Shown: positions 28,820 through 38,592 of the stretch, one piece after another | How positions within the stretch are numbered: the first letter of the stretch is position 1 | How the letters are laid out: each line of letters begins with the position of its first letter | Source of the DNA: an uncultured Acetatifactor sp. | Lineage (GTDB): Bacteria; Bacillota; Clostridia; Lachnospirales; Lachnospiraceae | Length of the DNA: 64,000 bases | Reading direction: 5' to 3' | Assembly (NCBI GenBank): GCA_947631615.1 | Contig: CANRLX010000008.1 | Span: forward strand, 1,384 to 65,383 | Translations under genes and position numbers: made by a program | The notes under the pieces: generated by a model | The model's input: the letters and a program-made list of their open reading frames with translations, nothing else | Told to the model about the DNA's origin: nothing | Databases searched by the model: none

Positions 28820-30082
28820 TTGAAAAATACAAGGAATCTAAAAATAGCGGGCGGCGCAGCCGCGGCTTTGGCTCTTGTGATTGTTTTGGCACTGGTTCTG
28901 GCAGGCCACGGAAAAGGCGAGGGATCGTACCGCGATATCTCTATTTTTGAGCTGGCTTCTTCCGCCACCGTCACCAGGGGAGACACCTCCCTGGACGCCT
29001 ACGAGGGTATGCGCCTGGAGGACGGCGACCGTATTCAGGTGGCGGAAGACGGCTATCTGCGCCTGGTTCTGGACGGCGATAAGTACGCGACCCTGGAGGC
29101 GGGCACGGAGATCTGCCTCAACGCCACCGGAGACAGCGAAAACAGCAGGACCGAGATCGTCCTGATAAACGGCGCCGTCTTAAACGAGATCGACAACAAG
29201 CTAAACGCGGACTCCTCCTATGAGCTCAGCACCCCTACCTCCGTCATGGCAGTGCGCGGCACCGTATTTCGGGTCGCCCTGTCCACAGAGGGAGAGGCCA
29301 GCCACACCGAATTGATCGTTCTGGACGGCCAGGTGTCCGCCGCTCCCATTCTGGCTGACGGCACTGTGGGCGAAGCGCTCCTGGCAGCCCCCGGCACGGC
29401 CGTCACCTTCGACCGGCAGGATGGCCACTCCGATCCCGTCTGCACCCAGTCAAAGATCGACTATACGGCCCTGCCTGCGGACACTCTTCGTTCCATTCTC
29501 GAGCTTCGGCAGAGCGGGCGTCTGGAGGAGCTTCCGGTCACAGCGGAGGAACTGGCCCGTCTGCAGGAGACAGAAAAAACGGCTTCCTCCCCGTCCCAAG
29601 AACCGTCCGCGCCGCAGGAGTCCGCCCCGCAGGTACAGACTCCCGTGACGGAAACACCGTCTGCCGCCGCTCCCGCGCATCCCTCTGTGACAAAGCCCTC
29701 TGGGAATGACACGCGCGTCACTTCTTCGGAGACGGCCGGCGCAAAGCCCGGGGAACAGGAAACCTCCAGCCAGACCGACGAACCCAACGAGCCGGAGGAA
29801 TCCGACGAGGCCGACACACCGGACGGACCCGACGAGACCGGCGAACCGAGCGGATCGCATCCGACCGACAGGCCCGACCAGGGCTTCGACACAGCCGTTT
29901 ACACCGTTACTTTCCTGGACGCGGAGGGCAACCTGTTCGGCATCCAGCGGGTAGCGGCGGGCGCTGTGGCGCAGAGACCTCTCCTCTCTCCGGTGGAAGG
30001 TTCTGACTGGTGCGACGCTGAAGGCAATGTCTATGATTTCGCCACCGCCGTCACCAGCGACCTGACGCTCTACTATCGCTAA
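28820..30082 (+). CDS. FecR-domain protein with N-terminal TM, acidic/Pro-rich linker and C-terminal InlB-B/Listeria-Bacteroides-like repeat
   Basis: GMRLEDGDRI, STPTSVMAVRGTVF, VLDGQV; YTVTF...YDFATAVTSDLTLY. TTG start after GGAGGAGAGG. Confidence 0.75.
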   Translation: MKNTRNLKIAGGAAAALALVIVLALVLAGHGKGEGSYRDISIFELASSATVTRGDTSLDAYEGMRLEDGDRIQVAEDGYLRLVLDGDKYATLEAGTEICLNATGDSENSRTEIVLINGAVLNEIDNKLNADSSYELSTPTSVMAVRGTVFRVALSTEGEASHTELIVLDGQVSAAPILADGTVGEALLAAPGTAVTFDRQDGHSDPVCTQSKIDYTALPADTLRSILELRQSGRLEELPVTAEELARLQETEKTASSPSQEPSAPQESAPQVQTPVTETPSAAAPAHPSVTKPSGNDTRVTSSETAGAKPGEQETSSQTDEPNEPEESDEADTPDGPDETGEPSGSHPTDRPDQGFDTAVYTVTFLDAEGNLFGIQRVAAGAVAQRPLLSPVEGSDWCDAEGNVYDFATAVTSDLTLYYR

Positions 30083-30097
30083 AGGAATCGAACGCTT

Positions 30098-31915
30098 ATG
30101 AAAAGACGCATCCTCCTGCAGACCCTCTGCATACTGGCGGCCAGCTTCCTTCTCAGCTTCTGCGGCGTCTTTCACGCCGTGGACCGCTGGGCTATGGATC
30201 TGGTATACCAGACACCCTCCGTCACGGACAACCGCATCCGCATCATCGCCGTGGACGAAAAGACGCTTGCGGCCTACGGCCCCTTTTCCACCTGGTCGCG
30301 GGAGAAATCCGCAGAGCTGGTCTCTCTGTTAAATGCCTCGGAGGAGACGAAACCCGCCGTTATCGGCTTCGATATCATGTTCATCGGGGAGAGCGATCCC
30401 GAGACGGACGCTCTTCTGGCGGATGCCTGCGCCGGAGCCGACAACGTCGTGACCGCAGTGAATATCGTCAACAACACTGTGCTGGAAACCGATTCCGACG
30501 ATCGGCTGTGGGAAAACAGGCTGCATATCTCCGCCGTCGAGCTCCCCTACGAGGGACTTCTCGCCCACTCCCGCATCGGCTTTGCCAACACCGCGCCGGA
30601 CAACGACAGCTATATCCGGCGCGCTATTTTATACCGCACCTACGAGGGAGAGCGCATCCCCAGCCTCTCCGCCGCCATCTATCAGCTTTACTGCGAAAAG
30701 ACAAAGACCAGCCCCACCTGGCCGGCCCTCGGCAGTTATCAGGAGTTTCTGTTTGGCTACTCCGGCAGGCCCGGCGGCTACGAGACCGTCTCCCTGGCAG
30801 ACGTGCTGGACGGCACCGTGGACGCTAGGACCTTTCGGGACTGCATCGTGCTGGTCGGCGCCTATGCCCCCGGTATGCAGGACGCGTACAACACGCCGAT
30901 TGACCGCTCCACCCAGATGTACGGTGTGGAGATCCACGCCAATCTGATCGAGGCGCTTATGGAGGGGCGCACCTGCCTGGAAGCGGACGCGCTGGCGGTT
31001 TCTCTGGCGATCGCGCTGATCGCCGCGCTGTACTATCTTCTGCTGAAAAAGGTCCGCATTTTCTCCGGAGCCTTCGCCGGAGCCGCGCTGGCGGCAGGCT
31101 GGATGGCCGTGGGAAAATTTCTATACGGCCGGGGGACGGAGCTCTCCCTGCTGACGTTTCCGATCCTTCTTCTCCTGATCTATCTGATAGAGCTGGCGGG
31201 CAGCTATGTTGAGGAGCGCATCCGCCGCGGCAAAGTGGTGACCGCCTTCAAAAAATATGTGGCTCCCCAGGTGGTCGACGAGCTGGTAAAGCAGGATAAA
31301 TTTGAGATATCTCTGGGCGGTGAAAATCGCGACATTGCCGTCCTGTTTGTGGATATCCGAAATTTTACCACCATGTCTGAAAACCTGGTGCCGGAACAGG
31401 TAGTGGGAATTTTGAATGAATATCTGGAGCTTTCCACCAACGCAATTTTTCATCACGGCGGAACGCTGGACAAATTTATGGGAGACGCCGCTATGGCGAT
31501 CTTTAACGCGCCCTTCTCGCTGGACGATTACGTGTTTCAGGCGGTCGCGGCGGCAAAAGAGATCCTGGACGGCACAGAGGAGTTGAATGTCCGTCTGAAA
31601 AAGCAGTTTGACCGCACCGTGAGCTTCGGCATCGGTATTCACTGCGGCCCCGCTGTCGTGGGAAACGTGGGGTGCGGTTTCCGCATGGATTACACCGCCA
31701 TAGGCGACACGGTCAACACCGCCTCACGCCTGGAAAACAACGCGAAGGCCGGTCAGATCCTGATCAGCGAGGAGGTCTATCAGAGATTACAGGGACGCAT
31801 CCGGGCCAATGAGATCGGCGCGCTCCATCTGAAAGGCAAACAGAAAGAATTTATGGTATATGAATTGACGGGGATCGACGCTACTCCTCCTTCTCGTCAG
31901 GTACTACCTCCATAA
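30098..31915 (+). CDS. CHASE2-domain class III adenylate cyclase
   Basis: CHASE2 (IIAVDE, IGFDIMF, MYGVEIHAN) plus TM segments and LFVDIRNFT, LDKFMGDA, YTAIGDTVNTASRLE. Confidence 0.9.
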   Translation: MKRRILLQTLCILAASFLLSFCGVFHAVDRWAMDLVYQTPSVTDNRIRIIAVDEKTLAAYGPFSTWSREKSAELVSLLNASEETKPAVIGFDIMFIGESDPETDALLADACAGADNVVTAVNIVNNTVLETDSDDRLWENRLHISAVELPYEGLLAHSRIGFANTAPDNDSYIRRAILYRTYEGERIPSLSAAIYQLYCEKTKTSPTWPALGSYQEFLFGYSGRPGGYETVSLADVLDGTVDARTFRDCIVLVGAYAPGMQDAYNTPIDRSTQMYGVEIHANLIEALMEGRTCLEADALAVSLAIALIAALYYLLLKKVRIFSGAFAGAALAAGWMAVGKFLYGRGTELSLLTFPILLLLIYLIELAGSYVEERIRRGKVVTAFKKYVAPQVVDELVKQDKFEISLGGENRDIAVLFVDIRNFTTMSENLVPEQVVGILNEYLELSTNAIFHHGGTLDKFMGDAAMAIFNAPFSLDDYVFQAVAAAKEILDGTEELNVRLKKQFDRTVSFGIGIHCGPAVVGNVGCGFRMDYTAIGDTVNTASRLENNAKAGQILISEEVYQRLQGRIRANEIGALHLKGKQKEFMVYELTGIDATPPSRQVLPP

Positions 31916-32093
31916 TATCCTGGATCTGGCAATCCAGAATATTGCACAGACGGTCGAGTATCGGCGTCTTCACGACCATATTGTGGCGCAGCCTGTGCAG
32001 CTGTGCGTAGTCGATACCGTACTCCTTGATCAGCTTGTACTGGCTGATGTTCTTTTCCTTGAGGGTGATCCACAATCTGTCAAATTTTATCAT
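31881..32093 (-). CDS. Cro/C1-type HTH (HTH_26) small regulator, copy 1
   Basis: 70-aa XRE-like protein with RBS AGGAGG; convergent overlap with the cyclase 3' end. Confidence 0.85.
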   Translation of the reverse strand: MIKFDRLWITLKEKNISQYKLIKEYGIDYAQLHRLRHNMVVKTPILDRLCNILDCQIQDIMEVVPDEKEE

Positions 32094-32136
32094 TTTTTCG
32101 TCCTCCTGATCGTATTTTAAACGATATTGAGCTTAC

Positions 32137-32164
32137 ATATATAGTGCGCGTATGCACTATATAT
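32137..32164. promoter_or_regulatory. perfect 11-bp inverted repeat, putative operator
   Basis: ATATATAGTGC-GCGTAT-GCACTATATAT upstream of HTH copy 1. Confidence 0.6.
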
Positions 32165-32180
32165 CATACCCTTCGGACGA

Positions 32181-32237
32181 GAAAAAGAGCCATTTCCCAT
32201 GTGCGTGGTTCCCCGCATGGTCAATGGCTCTCTCTTT
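32181..32237 (-). terminator. terminator hairpin after HTH copy 2
   Basis: AGAGCCATT...AATGGCTCT stem with a minus-strand T tract. Confidence 0.55.
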
Positions 32238-32240
32238 TAC

Positions 32241-32453
32241 TTATCTGTTCTCTTTGTCAGGCACCGCTTCCATGATATCCTGAATCCCGCAGTCAAGGAT
32301 GATACACAGCCGGTCGAGAATGGAGGTCTTTACGACCATATTATGGCGCAGCCTGTGCAGCTGCGCATAATCAATCCCATGCTCTTTGACCAGCCGGTAC
32401 TGGCTGATTTCCTTTTTCCGCATCGTGATCCATAACTTTTCAAATGTTATCAT
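32241..32453 (-). CDS. Cro/C1-type HTH (HTH_26) small regulator, copy 2
   Basis: 52/70 residues identical to copy 1 (counted by hand). Confidence 0.85.
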   Translation of the reverse strand: MITFEKLWITMRKKEISQYRLVKEHGIDYAQLHRLRHNMVVKTSILDRLCIILDCGIQDIMEAVPDKENR

Positions 32454-32726
32454 GTCTTTCTCCTCTCTTTGGTAACTTGTCGGCGATTCCCAGAAAACAG
32501 ACGGCTCAAATTTATTTTACAAACAATGACTTCCGTTTACAATCCGATACTTTGTATGTGACAGCTTTAGAGCCGCAAACGGCACCGCAATAGCCTCTGT
32601 GTCACACATGGAAATTAACTGACAAGAAAAAATATTTTCCGATGTTTTATTCCTGTTCAATAGACCTATGCGTTCTTATCCGCTATACTATACACAAAAC
32701 CGATGGAAAGACTGTGAGGGAGATCG

Positions 32727-33770
32727 TTGGACATGACCATAGGAAATGTTATCAAAAAGTACAGAAAGAATAAAGGTATGACGCAGGAGGAGATGGCCGT
32801 CCGCCTCGGTGTAACCGCTCCCGCTGTAAATAAGTGGGAAAAAGGGAACTCGCTGCCGGATGTGTCTTTGCTTGCCCCTATTGCACGGCTGCTTGGCATT
32901 ACTACAGACGAACTTCTGTCCTTTCGGGATGAGCTGACAGACGAAGAAATCAACCAATATCTATCAAAGCTTCAAAAGGACCTGGAGAGCCAAGACTTCC
33001 ATACGGTATTTCTTTCCGTAAAGGAAAAAATCGAAGAATACCCTAATTGCGAAAAATTGATTTGGCAGGCGGCAGTCATTCTGGATGCGAGACGGATGGC
33101 AATAAAACTCGCAGACAGGGATCCTTATGATCCTGCGATCTTCAAATGGTACGAAAGATGTTTGCTCTCAGAGGACGAACAGATTCGTAATCAAGCGGCA
33201 GATTCCCTGTTTCACGCATTTCTTCGGAAAAATGATTATGAGAAAGCCGCTCATTATTTGGAGTATTTCTCTCTGGAAAATCCGGAACGCAAGCGCAAGG
33301 AAGCTCTGGTAAACAGTAAAACCGGAAAACGGATGGAAGCCTACCGTGCATATGAGGAATTGATTTATACCGGATATCAGCACCTGCAAATGGTATTAAA
33401 TGATCTTCGTATTCTCTATATGGAAGATGATAATCCTGAAATGGCCAAAAAACTGGTCAAGGTTTCATCCTCTGCCGCGTCTGCATTTGAAATGGGCAAA
33501 TATTCTGAGGTTTGTTGGGGCCTGGAGGTTGCGGCCTGGGAGAAAGATGTTGCATGGACGGCACAGCTTATGCAGGAACTATTGGATAGCGTGGACTCCA
33601 TAGGCGATTTTACAAAATCAAAGCTTTATCAACATATGAGGCGAAAGTCGATTGACCCTGATTTTGCAGCCGGTTTCAAACAGGAGCTTTTGAAGTTTCT
33701 CGAGGATGACACCTTTCATTATATGCAGGGAAATGAAGCCTGGGAAAAACTAAAAAGCGGCGTTTCATGA
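32727..33770 (+). CDS. XRE-family regulator with large helical (TPR-like) C-terminal domain
   Basis: MTQEEMAVRLGVTAPAVNKWEKGNSLPD HTH. Start is at 32727 (TTG) or 32733. Confidence 0.82.
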   Translation: MDMTIGNVIKKYRKNKGMTQEEMAVRLGVTAPAVNKWEKGNSLPDVSLLAPIARLLGITTDELLSFRDELTDEEINQYLSKLQKDLESQDFHTVFLSVKEKIEEYPNCEKLIWQAAVILDARRMAIKLADRDPYDPAIFKWYERCLLSEDEQIRNQAADSLFHAFLRKNDYEKAAHYLEYFSLENPERKRKEALVNSKTGKRMEAYRAYEELIYTGYQHLQMVLNDLRILYMEDDNPEMAKKLVKVSSSAASAFEMGKYSEVCWGLEVAAWEKDVAWTAQLMQELLDSVDSIGDFTKSKLYQHMRRKSIDPDFAAGFKQELLKFLEDDTFHYMQGNEAWEKLKSGVS

Positions 33771-33876
33771 TGGCCCTTGTTTTCTTTGAGAAAGCGAAAT
33801 ATAATATCATGTGTTGGAGTTGCCATATGGAGCATATGGGGCATATGACGCACAAGGGCAGGAAGGATACACCAAA

Positions 33877-34548
33877 ATGACCGTATATAAAATTATGATA
33901 ATAGAGGACGATCCCCTGATACGTTCCGAGTTAAGGAATCTGCTTTGTGGGAATGGCTATAACACAGTTGCCGTTTCGGATTTTGGCACGACGATTGCGG
34001 AGGTGAAAAGGGAAGACCCGCAGCTGATTTTGCTGGACATTAAACTGCCCGGTGAAAATGGGTTTTCACTATGTTCAAAGATCCGCACCTTTTCCAATGT
34101 GCCCATCGTCTTTGTGACAAGCTGCAATACGGATATGGACGAGTTAAACAGCATCCTGTTAGGCGGAGACGCCTATATCACAAAACCTTACAATACTGCT
34201 ATTTTACTGGCAAAGATCGCCTCGCTTTTGAAGCGGGCATATCCGGCAAACGGACAGGAAGTCATTGCGTATCAAAAGACGCTTTTACACTTGGAGAGCA
34301 GCAAGCTTGAATTTGACGGGCAGCAGATCGACCTCACAAAAAACGAGCTTAAAATACTGTACTGTCTCTATAAAAACGCCGGAAAGATTTGCCCGCGGAA
34401 CGATTTGATTGATTTTCTCTGGGACAACCAACTCTATGTGGACGACAATGCCTTGAGTGTGAACGTCAACCGGATCCGTGACAAATTGTCCGCCATCGGT
34501 CTGCATGATTTTATTAAGACGAAACATAGACAGGGATATTATATATGA
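33877..34548 (+). CDS. BceR/GraR-like response regulator
   Basis: LLDIKLP, GGDAYITKPY, DDNALSVNVNRIR, TKHRQGY. Confidence 0.88.
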   Translation: MTVYKIMIIEDDPLIRSELRNLLCGNGYNTVAVSDFGTTIAEVKREDPQLILLDIKLPGENGFSLCSKIRTFSNVPIVFVTSCNTDMDELNSILLGGDAYITKPYNTAILLAKIASLLKRAYPANGQEVIAYQKTLLHLESSKLEFDGQQIDLTKNELKILYCLYKNAGKICPRNDLIDFLWDNQLYVDDNALSVNVNRIRDKLSAIGLHDFIKTKHRQGYYI

Positions 34549-35558
34549 GCGGTAAATTATACTGGAAACAAAAAATCCCATTTCTTTTTTTGAATGGGTT
34601 CGGCATGGTGGCTTTGACACTTTTTCTTCGATTAAATGGGTTAAATGCAGACAGTATTATCCTGATTTTGACCGTTTGGGGAATCGCTGTTGCCGGATAT
34701 CAGCTGAATGCGTACTTCACTCGAAAAGCACAGATGAATCAACTGCTAACTCTGGCCGAACAGCTTGAGAAACGATATCTGCTCCCTGAACTAATGGAGC
34801 GCCCTTTACGGGCCGACGATCAGGTGTACTATCAAATCCTGAAACTGGCGGGAAAATCCATGCTGGAACAGGTAAGTACATCAAAACGTGAACAGGACGA
34901 ATATCAGGAATTTATTGAACAATGGGTGCATGAAATCAAAACGCCTATCACAGCTATGAAGCTGATTTGTGAAAATCACAAGTCGGATTTTTCCAAGGAC
35001 CTGTTGATAGAGCTTGAAAAGACAAATTGCTATACGGAACAGGCTTTATACTATGCCAGAAGCGAACACCCCGAAAAAGATTATCTGATAAGGGAGATCC
35101 GGCTTTTCGATGTTGTCCATCAGGCGATTGCGGAAAACAAATACCTGCTTCGGCAGTATAACGTCCGGATCGATCTTGCAGAAACGGACGATACGGTTTA
35201 TTCCGACCAAAAATGGTTGTGTTTTATTCTGAACCAAATGATCGTCAATGCGGTCAAATACCGTGCGGGATCTCCAACCATACGATTTTTTGCAGAACAT
35301 ACCGGAAGCGAAGTATCTCTGTGCATTGCCGATAACGGGATCGGGATTCCCGCCAGCGATCTTCCCCGCATATTTGAAAAGGGCTTCACCGGAGAGAATG
35401 GCCGGAGCACCTCACAGGCAGCAACCGGCATGGGGCTATACCTGTGTAAACGGCTGTGCGATAAACTGGACATAGGAATAGCAGCAGCTTCCAATGACAA
35501 AACGGTTTTCAGACTTTCCTTCCATATCAATGACTTTATTCATCAAGTGCAGAGATAG
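34545..35558 (+). CDS. BceS/GraS-like intramembrane-sensing histidine kinase
   Basis: Two adjacent TM segments with no ectodomain; WVHEIKTP, KWLCFIL, FEKGFTG, TGMGLYL. Confidence 0.88.
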   Translation: MSGKLYWKQKIPFLFLNGFGMVALTLFLRLNGLNADSIILILTVWGIAVAGYQLNAYFTRKAQMNQLLTLAEQLEKRYLLPELMERPLRADDQVYYQILKLAGKSMLEQVSTSKREQDEYQEFIEQWVHEIKTPITAMKLICENHKSDFSKDLLIELEKTNCYTEQALYYARSEHPEKDYLIREIRLFDVVHQAIAENKYLLRQYNVRIDLAETDDTVYSDQKWLCFILNQMIVNAVKYRAGSPTIRFFAEHTGSEVSLCIADNGIGIPASDLPRIFEKGFTGENGRSTSQAATGMGLYLCKRLCDKLDIGIAAASNDKTVFRLSFHINDFIHQVQR

Positions 35559-35570
35559 CGCCCTGCACTT

Positions 35571-35597
35571 CTTACATTTTTGTTAGAGCTTCGTAAG
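35571..35597 (+). promoter_or_regulatory. BceR-type binding site upstream of the ABC genes
   Basis: CTTACATTTTTGTTAG...CGTAAG resembles the CTTACA-N4-TGTAAG inverted repeat; -10 TACAAT lies downstream. Confidence 0.55.
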
Positions 35598-35666
35598 AAA
35601 ATTTAATACAACTATTTGTGGATTTCCGGTACAATAGAGTTGCCATCACAATAAGGAGAGCAAATT

Positions 35667-36434
35667 ATGCAGGAAATATTACGTTTGGAGCATATTCAAA
35701 AGTATTACGGCAATCAGGGCAATCTCACAAAGGCCATTGACGACATCAGCTTTTCTGTCCATGCAGGGGAATTTGTCGGCATCATGGGTGCGTCCGGCTC
35801 CGGCAAGACCACGATGCTCAACTGTATCTCTACGATCGACACCGTGAGCGCCGGACATATTTTTCTGGACGGAACCGATGTGACAGAGCTGAAAGAAAAG
35901 GAACTTGCACGCTATCGCCGAGAAAACCTCGGCTTTGTCTTTCAGGATTTTAACCTGCTGGATACTTTGACCATCTCAGAAAATATTGCGCTCGCTCTGA
36001 CAATCAACCGCGCACCCGTGGAACAGATTGACGGAAAAGTGGCAGAAATCGCCAAGACTCTCAATATTACGGATATTTTGAATCAATATCCCTATCAGGT
36101 GTCCGGAGGACAAAAACAGCGCTGTGCCTGTGCCAGAGCGATCATTAACAAGCCGAAACTGCTCCTTGCCGATGAACCCACCGGCGCGCTGGACAGCCAC
36201 TCGTCCCAAATGCTGCTTGGCACCATGCAGAGCATCAACGAAAAGCTTGGGGCAACCATCCTGATGGTAACGCATGACGCATTTTCCGCCAGCTACGCGA
36301 ACCGCATTTTGTTTTTACGGGACGGAAAGATTTTTACGGAAATCATAAAAGGCTCCGATTCCCGAAAGGCATTTTTTGAAAAAATCCTGGACATCCTCAC
36401 AATGCTGGGAGGAGGTCAAAGTGATGTTTCCTAA
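35667..36434 (+). CDS. BceA-like ABC ATP-binding protein
   Basis: GASGSGKTT, VSGGQKQR, ADEPTGALD, VTHD. Confidence 0.92.
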   Translation: MQEILRLEHIQKYYGNQGNLTKAIDDISFSVHAGEFVGIMGASGSGKTTMLNCISTIDTVSAGHIFLDGTDVTELKEKELARYRRENLGFVFQDFNLLDTLTISENIALALTINRAPVEQIDGKVAEIAKTLNITDILNQYPYQVSGGQKQRCACARAIINKPKLLLADEPTGALDSHSSQMLLGTMQSINEKLGATILMVTHDAFSASYANRILFLRDGKIFTEIIKGSDSRKAFFEKILDILTMLGGGQSDVS

Positions 36435-38526
36435 ACTATTCCGGAATAATATCAAAAAAGCGCTGCGGGATTATTGCGTCTATTTTTTTACGCTGGTAAT
36501 CAGCAGCACCTTATTCTTCGCTTTTATCTCCTTAACGAGCCGCTATAATGATATTCTGGGCGGAGACGGAAACTACTCTCTATCTCTGTTCCAAAATACA
36601 ATCCGATATGCCATTTTGGCGGTATCTGTCATTTTCTTTGTGTTGATCCGGTATATCAATCACTATATGCTGAAACAGCGCAGTCGGGAATTTTCCGTCT
36701 ATATGATTCTTGGCATGGAGCAGCGCACCGTTGCAAAGTATTTCTTTGGTGAGACAGTTACATTCGGTATGGCGGCTGTGCTCATCGGCTGTATTGTCGG
36801 CACGGTGTTGTCGGGAATGATGACAACCTTCGTTATGCGGACACTCACATCTGCGGCCTCCTTTCGCCTGGGATTTTATCCGGACACGATGCTTGTAACG
36901 CTGCTGTTCTTTGGAGCCGCCTTTGTACTGACAGGAATGGGGAATGTTCGCAAGATCTATAAAAGGAAACTCCTTGACCTGCTGAACGAAAAGAAAACCG
37001 GCGAGGGCCAGAAAAAAAAGAAGCGGCACTATGCCGTTTCACTTGTAATTGCACTTGTGTGCTCTGCCGTCACGGGCTCGGTGCTCTATCATTTTACTGC
37101 CGCCGGAGACGTTTACGCCGGAAACATCCCTGCGGAAATCAGCAACCGCTATCAGGCGATCGCCATTGCAGCCGCCATTGTGGGCATCTTTTCTCTATAC
37201 AATGCCGCTGCGTTTCTTATCACAGCGGCTCGCCGACGGAAGAAATGGACAAACCGCAATATCAATTCTGTCCTGCTCGGCAATCTTTTTCAAAAGATAT
37301 CCTCAACCTCAAAGATGCTGTCCAGCGCAACACTGGCAATTACGATTGCTTTCGTGGCGTTTGTTATCCTGCCGATGCTGGCGGAGATCACCACCGGCTA
37401 TCTGGACTACCGTATGCCCTATGACGTTATGGTTAATAACACGTACAGGTATATTGATGAAATAGAGGATATTCCGCAGATCGACTTTTCCTTTGTGGGA
37501 GAAATTTTGAAAGAGCATGGTATCACTGTATCGGAAGAAGTTTCGCAGCGAAGTTATTTTGTCTGGGAGAATGACTTTAACACGGTTGATACCAGAGAAA
37601 ATTGGCGGGATCTGCCAAGGCTTGCTATGCGCATTTCGGATTACAATGCTATGCGGAGGATGTCCGGCATGGAGCCGGTACAACTGGCCGAAAACGAGTT
37701 TTTCATGCACCTTGACTATGAGATGGACGAGGAAAGCGTTGCGGACAGCATCGGTATCGGACAGCGAACCATTCGTCTGGATGACGGAACGCTTCTCACC
37801 CTGGCGGAAACGGCGATTTATCAGGATCCGCTGGGAAAATATTTATTCAACAGCGATGATTCTGTTCTTGTGTTTCCGGATTCCGTGTGCGATCGTCTCC
37901 GCCTTGCGCGAACCTGCTATTATGCAAATACAAAAACACCGATTCCGTATAATCTCTGCGATACGATCCGAGATGAAATTGCGGTTCGCTTCCGGAATGA
38001 CTATTCTTATCTGTTCGACAAATACGAGGTCAAATATCAGTCAGACAGACATTATTCCACTTTTATTGACCCGATTCGCTTTCGGACACAGGAAAGCAAT
38101 GATGTAGCATTGACCGCAACCAGCGTCCGGCTGCTTGGTATCTACACCGGTATTATTTTCTTTTTCCTCTGCATGACGGTATTGGCGCTGCACCTTATAA
38201 CAGATTCTATCCATCAAACGACACAGTATAAGATCTTATATCAACTTGGTGCAGACAGGGACGATATTGTAAAAATGGTGAACCGACAAAGCCTCCTCTA
38301 TTTTTTCACCCCTTGCGTTGCCGCGTTTCTGATTGCTTTAATACTGATATATTCCTTCCTTGTGCGCTATGGATATAAGGTATTTACCTATATGAGCAGC
38401 GTCGGATTCCAGTTTGGAGTATGGATTCCCGGCCTGCTGATTCTGGTGATACTTACCTGCTACTATGGAGCGGCTATTTATATGGTCAAACGAAACTTAA
38501 ATCACACACTTGACGGCATAAAGTGA
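36424..38526 (+). CDS. BceB-like FtsX-family permease with large extracellular domain
   Basis: YFFTL, RSREFSVYMILGM; about 10 TM segments with a large loop; YKILYQLG. Confidence 0.88.
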   Translation: MFPKLFRNNIKKALRDYCVYFFTLVISSTLFFAFISLTSRYNDILGGDGNYSLSLFQNTIRYAILAVSVIFFVLIRYINHYMLKQRSREFSVYMILGMEQRTVAKYFFGETVTFGMAAVLIGCIVGTVLSGMMTTFVMRTLTSAASFRLGFYPDTMLVTLLFFGAAFVLTGMGNVRKIYKRKLLDLLNEKKTGEGQKKKKRHYAVSLVIALVCSAVTGSVLYHFTAAGDVYAGNIPAEISNRYQAIAIAAAIVGIFSLYNAAAFLITAARRRKKWTNRNINSVLLGNLFQKISSTSKMLSSATLAITIAFVAFVILPMLAEITTGYLDYRMPYDVMVNNTYRYIDEIEDIPQIDFSFVGEILKEHGITVSEEVSQRSYFVWENDFNTVDTRENWRDLPRLAMRISDYNAMRRMSGMEPVQLAENEFFMHLDYEMDEESVADSIGIGQRTIRLDDGTLLTLAETAIYQDPLGKYLFNSDDSVLVFPDSVCDRLRLARTCYYANTKTPIPYNLCDTIRDEIAVRFRNDYSYLFDKYEVKYQSDRHYSTFIDPIRFRTQESNDVALTATSVRLLGIYTGIIFFFLCMTVLALHLITDSIHQTTQYKILYQLGADRDDIVKMVNRQSLLYFFTPCVAAFLIALILIYSFLVRYGYKVFTYMSSVGFQFGVWIPGLLILVILTCYYGAAIYMVKRNLNHTLDGIK

Positions 38527-38592
38527 ATACTTAGTCCCATTTCATACACACTCCACATTGGACGGATATGCTTACCGCAAGGAGGTATCTTT

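Noticed and set aside
32557-32606. TGTGA/TCACA half-sites near the adenylate cyclase as a CRP box
   Set aside because: The half-sites are about 40 bp apart, not the 6-bp spacing CRP needs.
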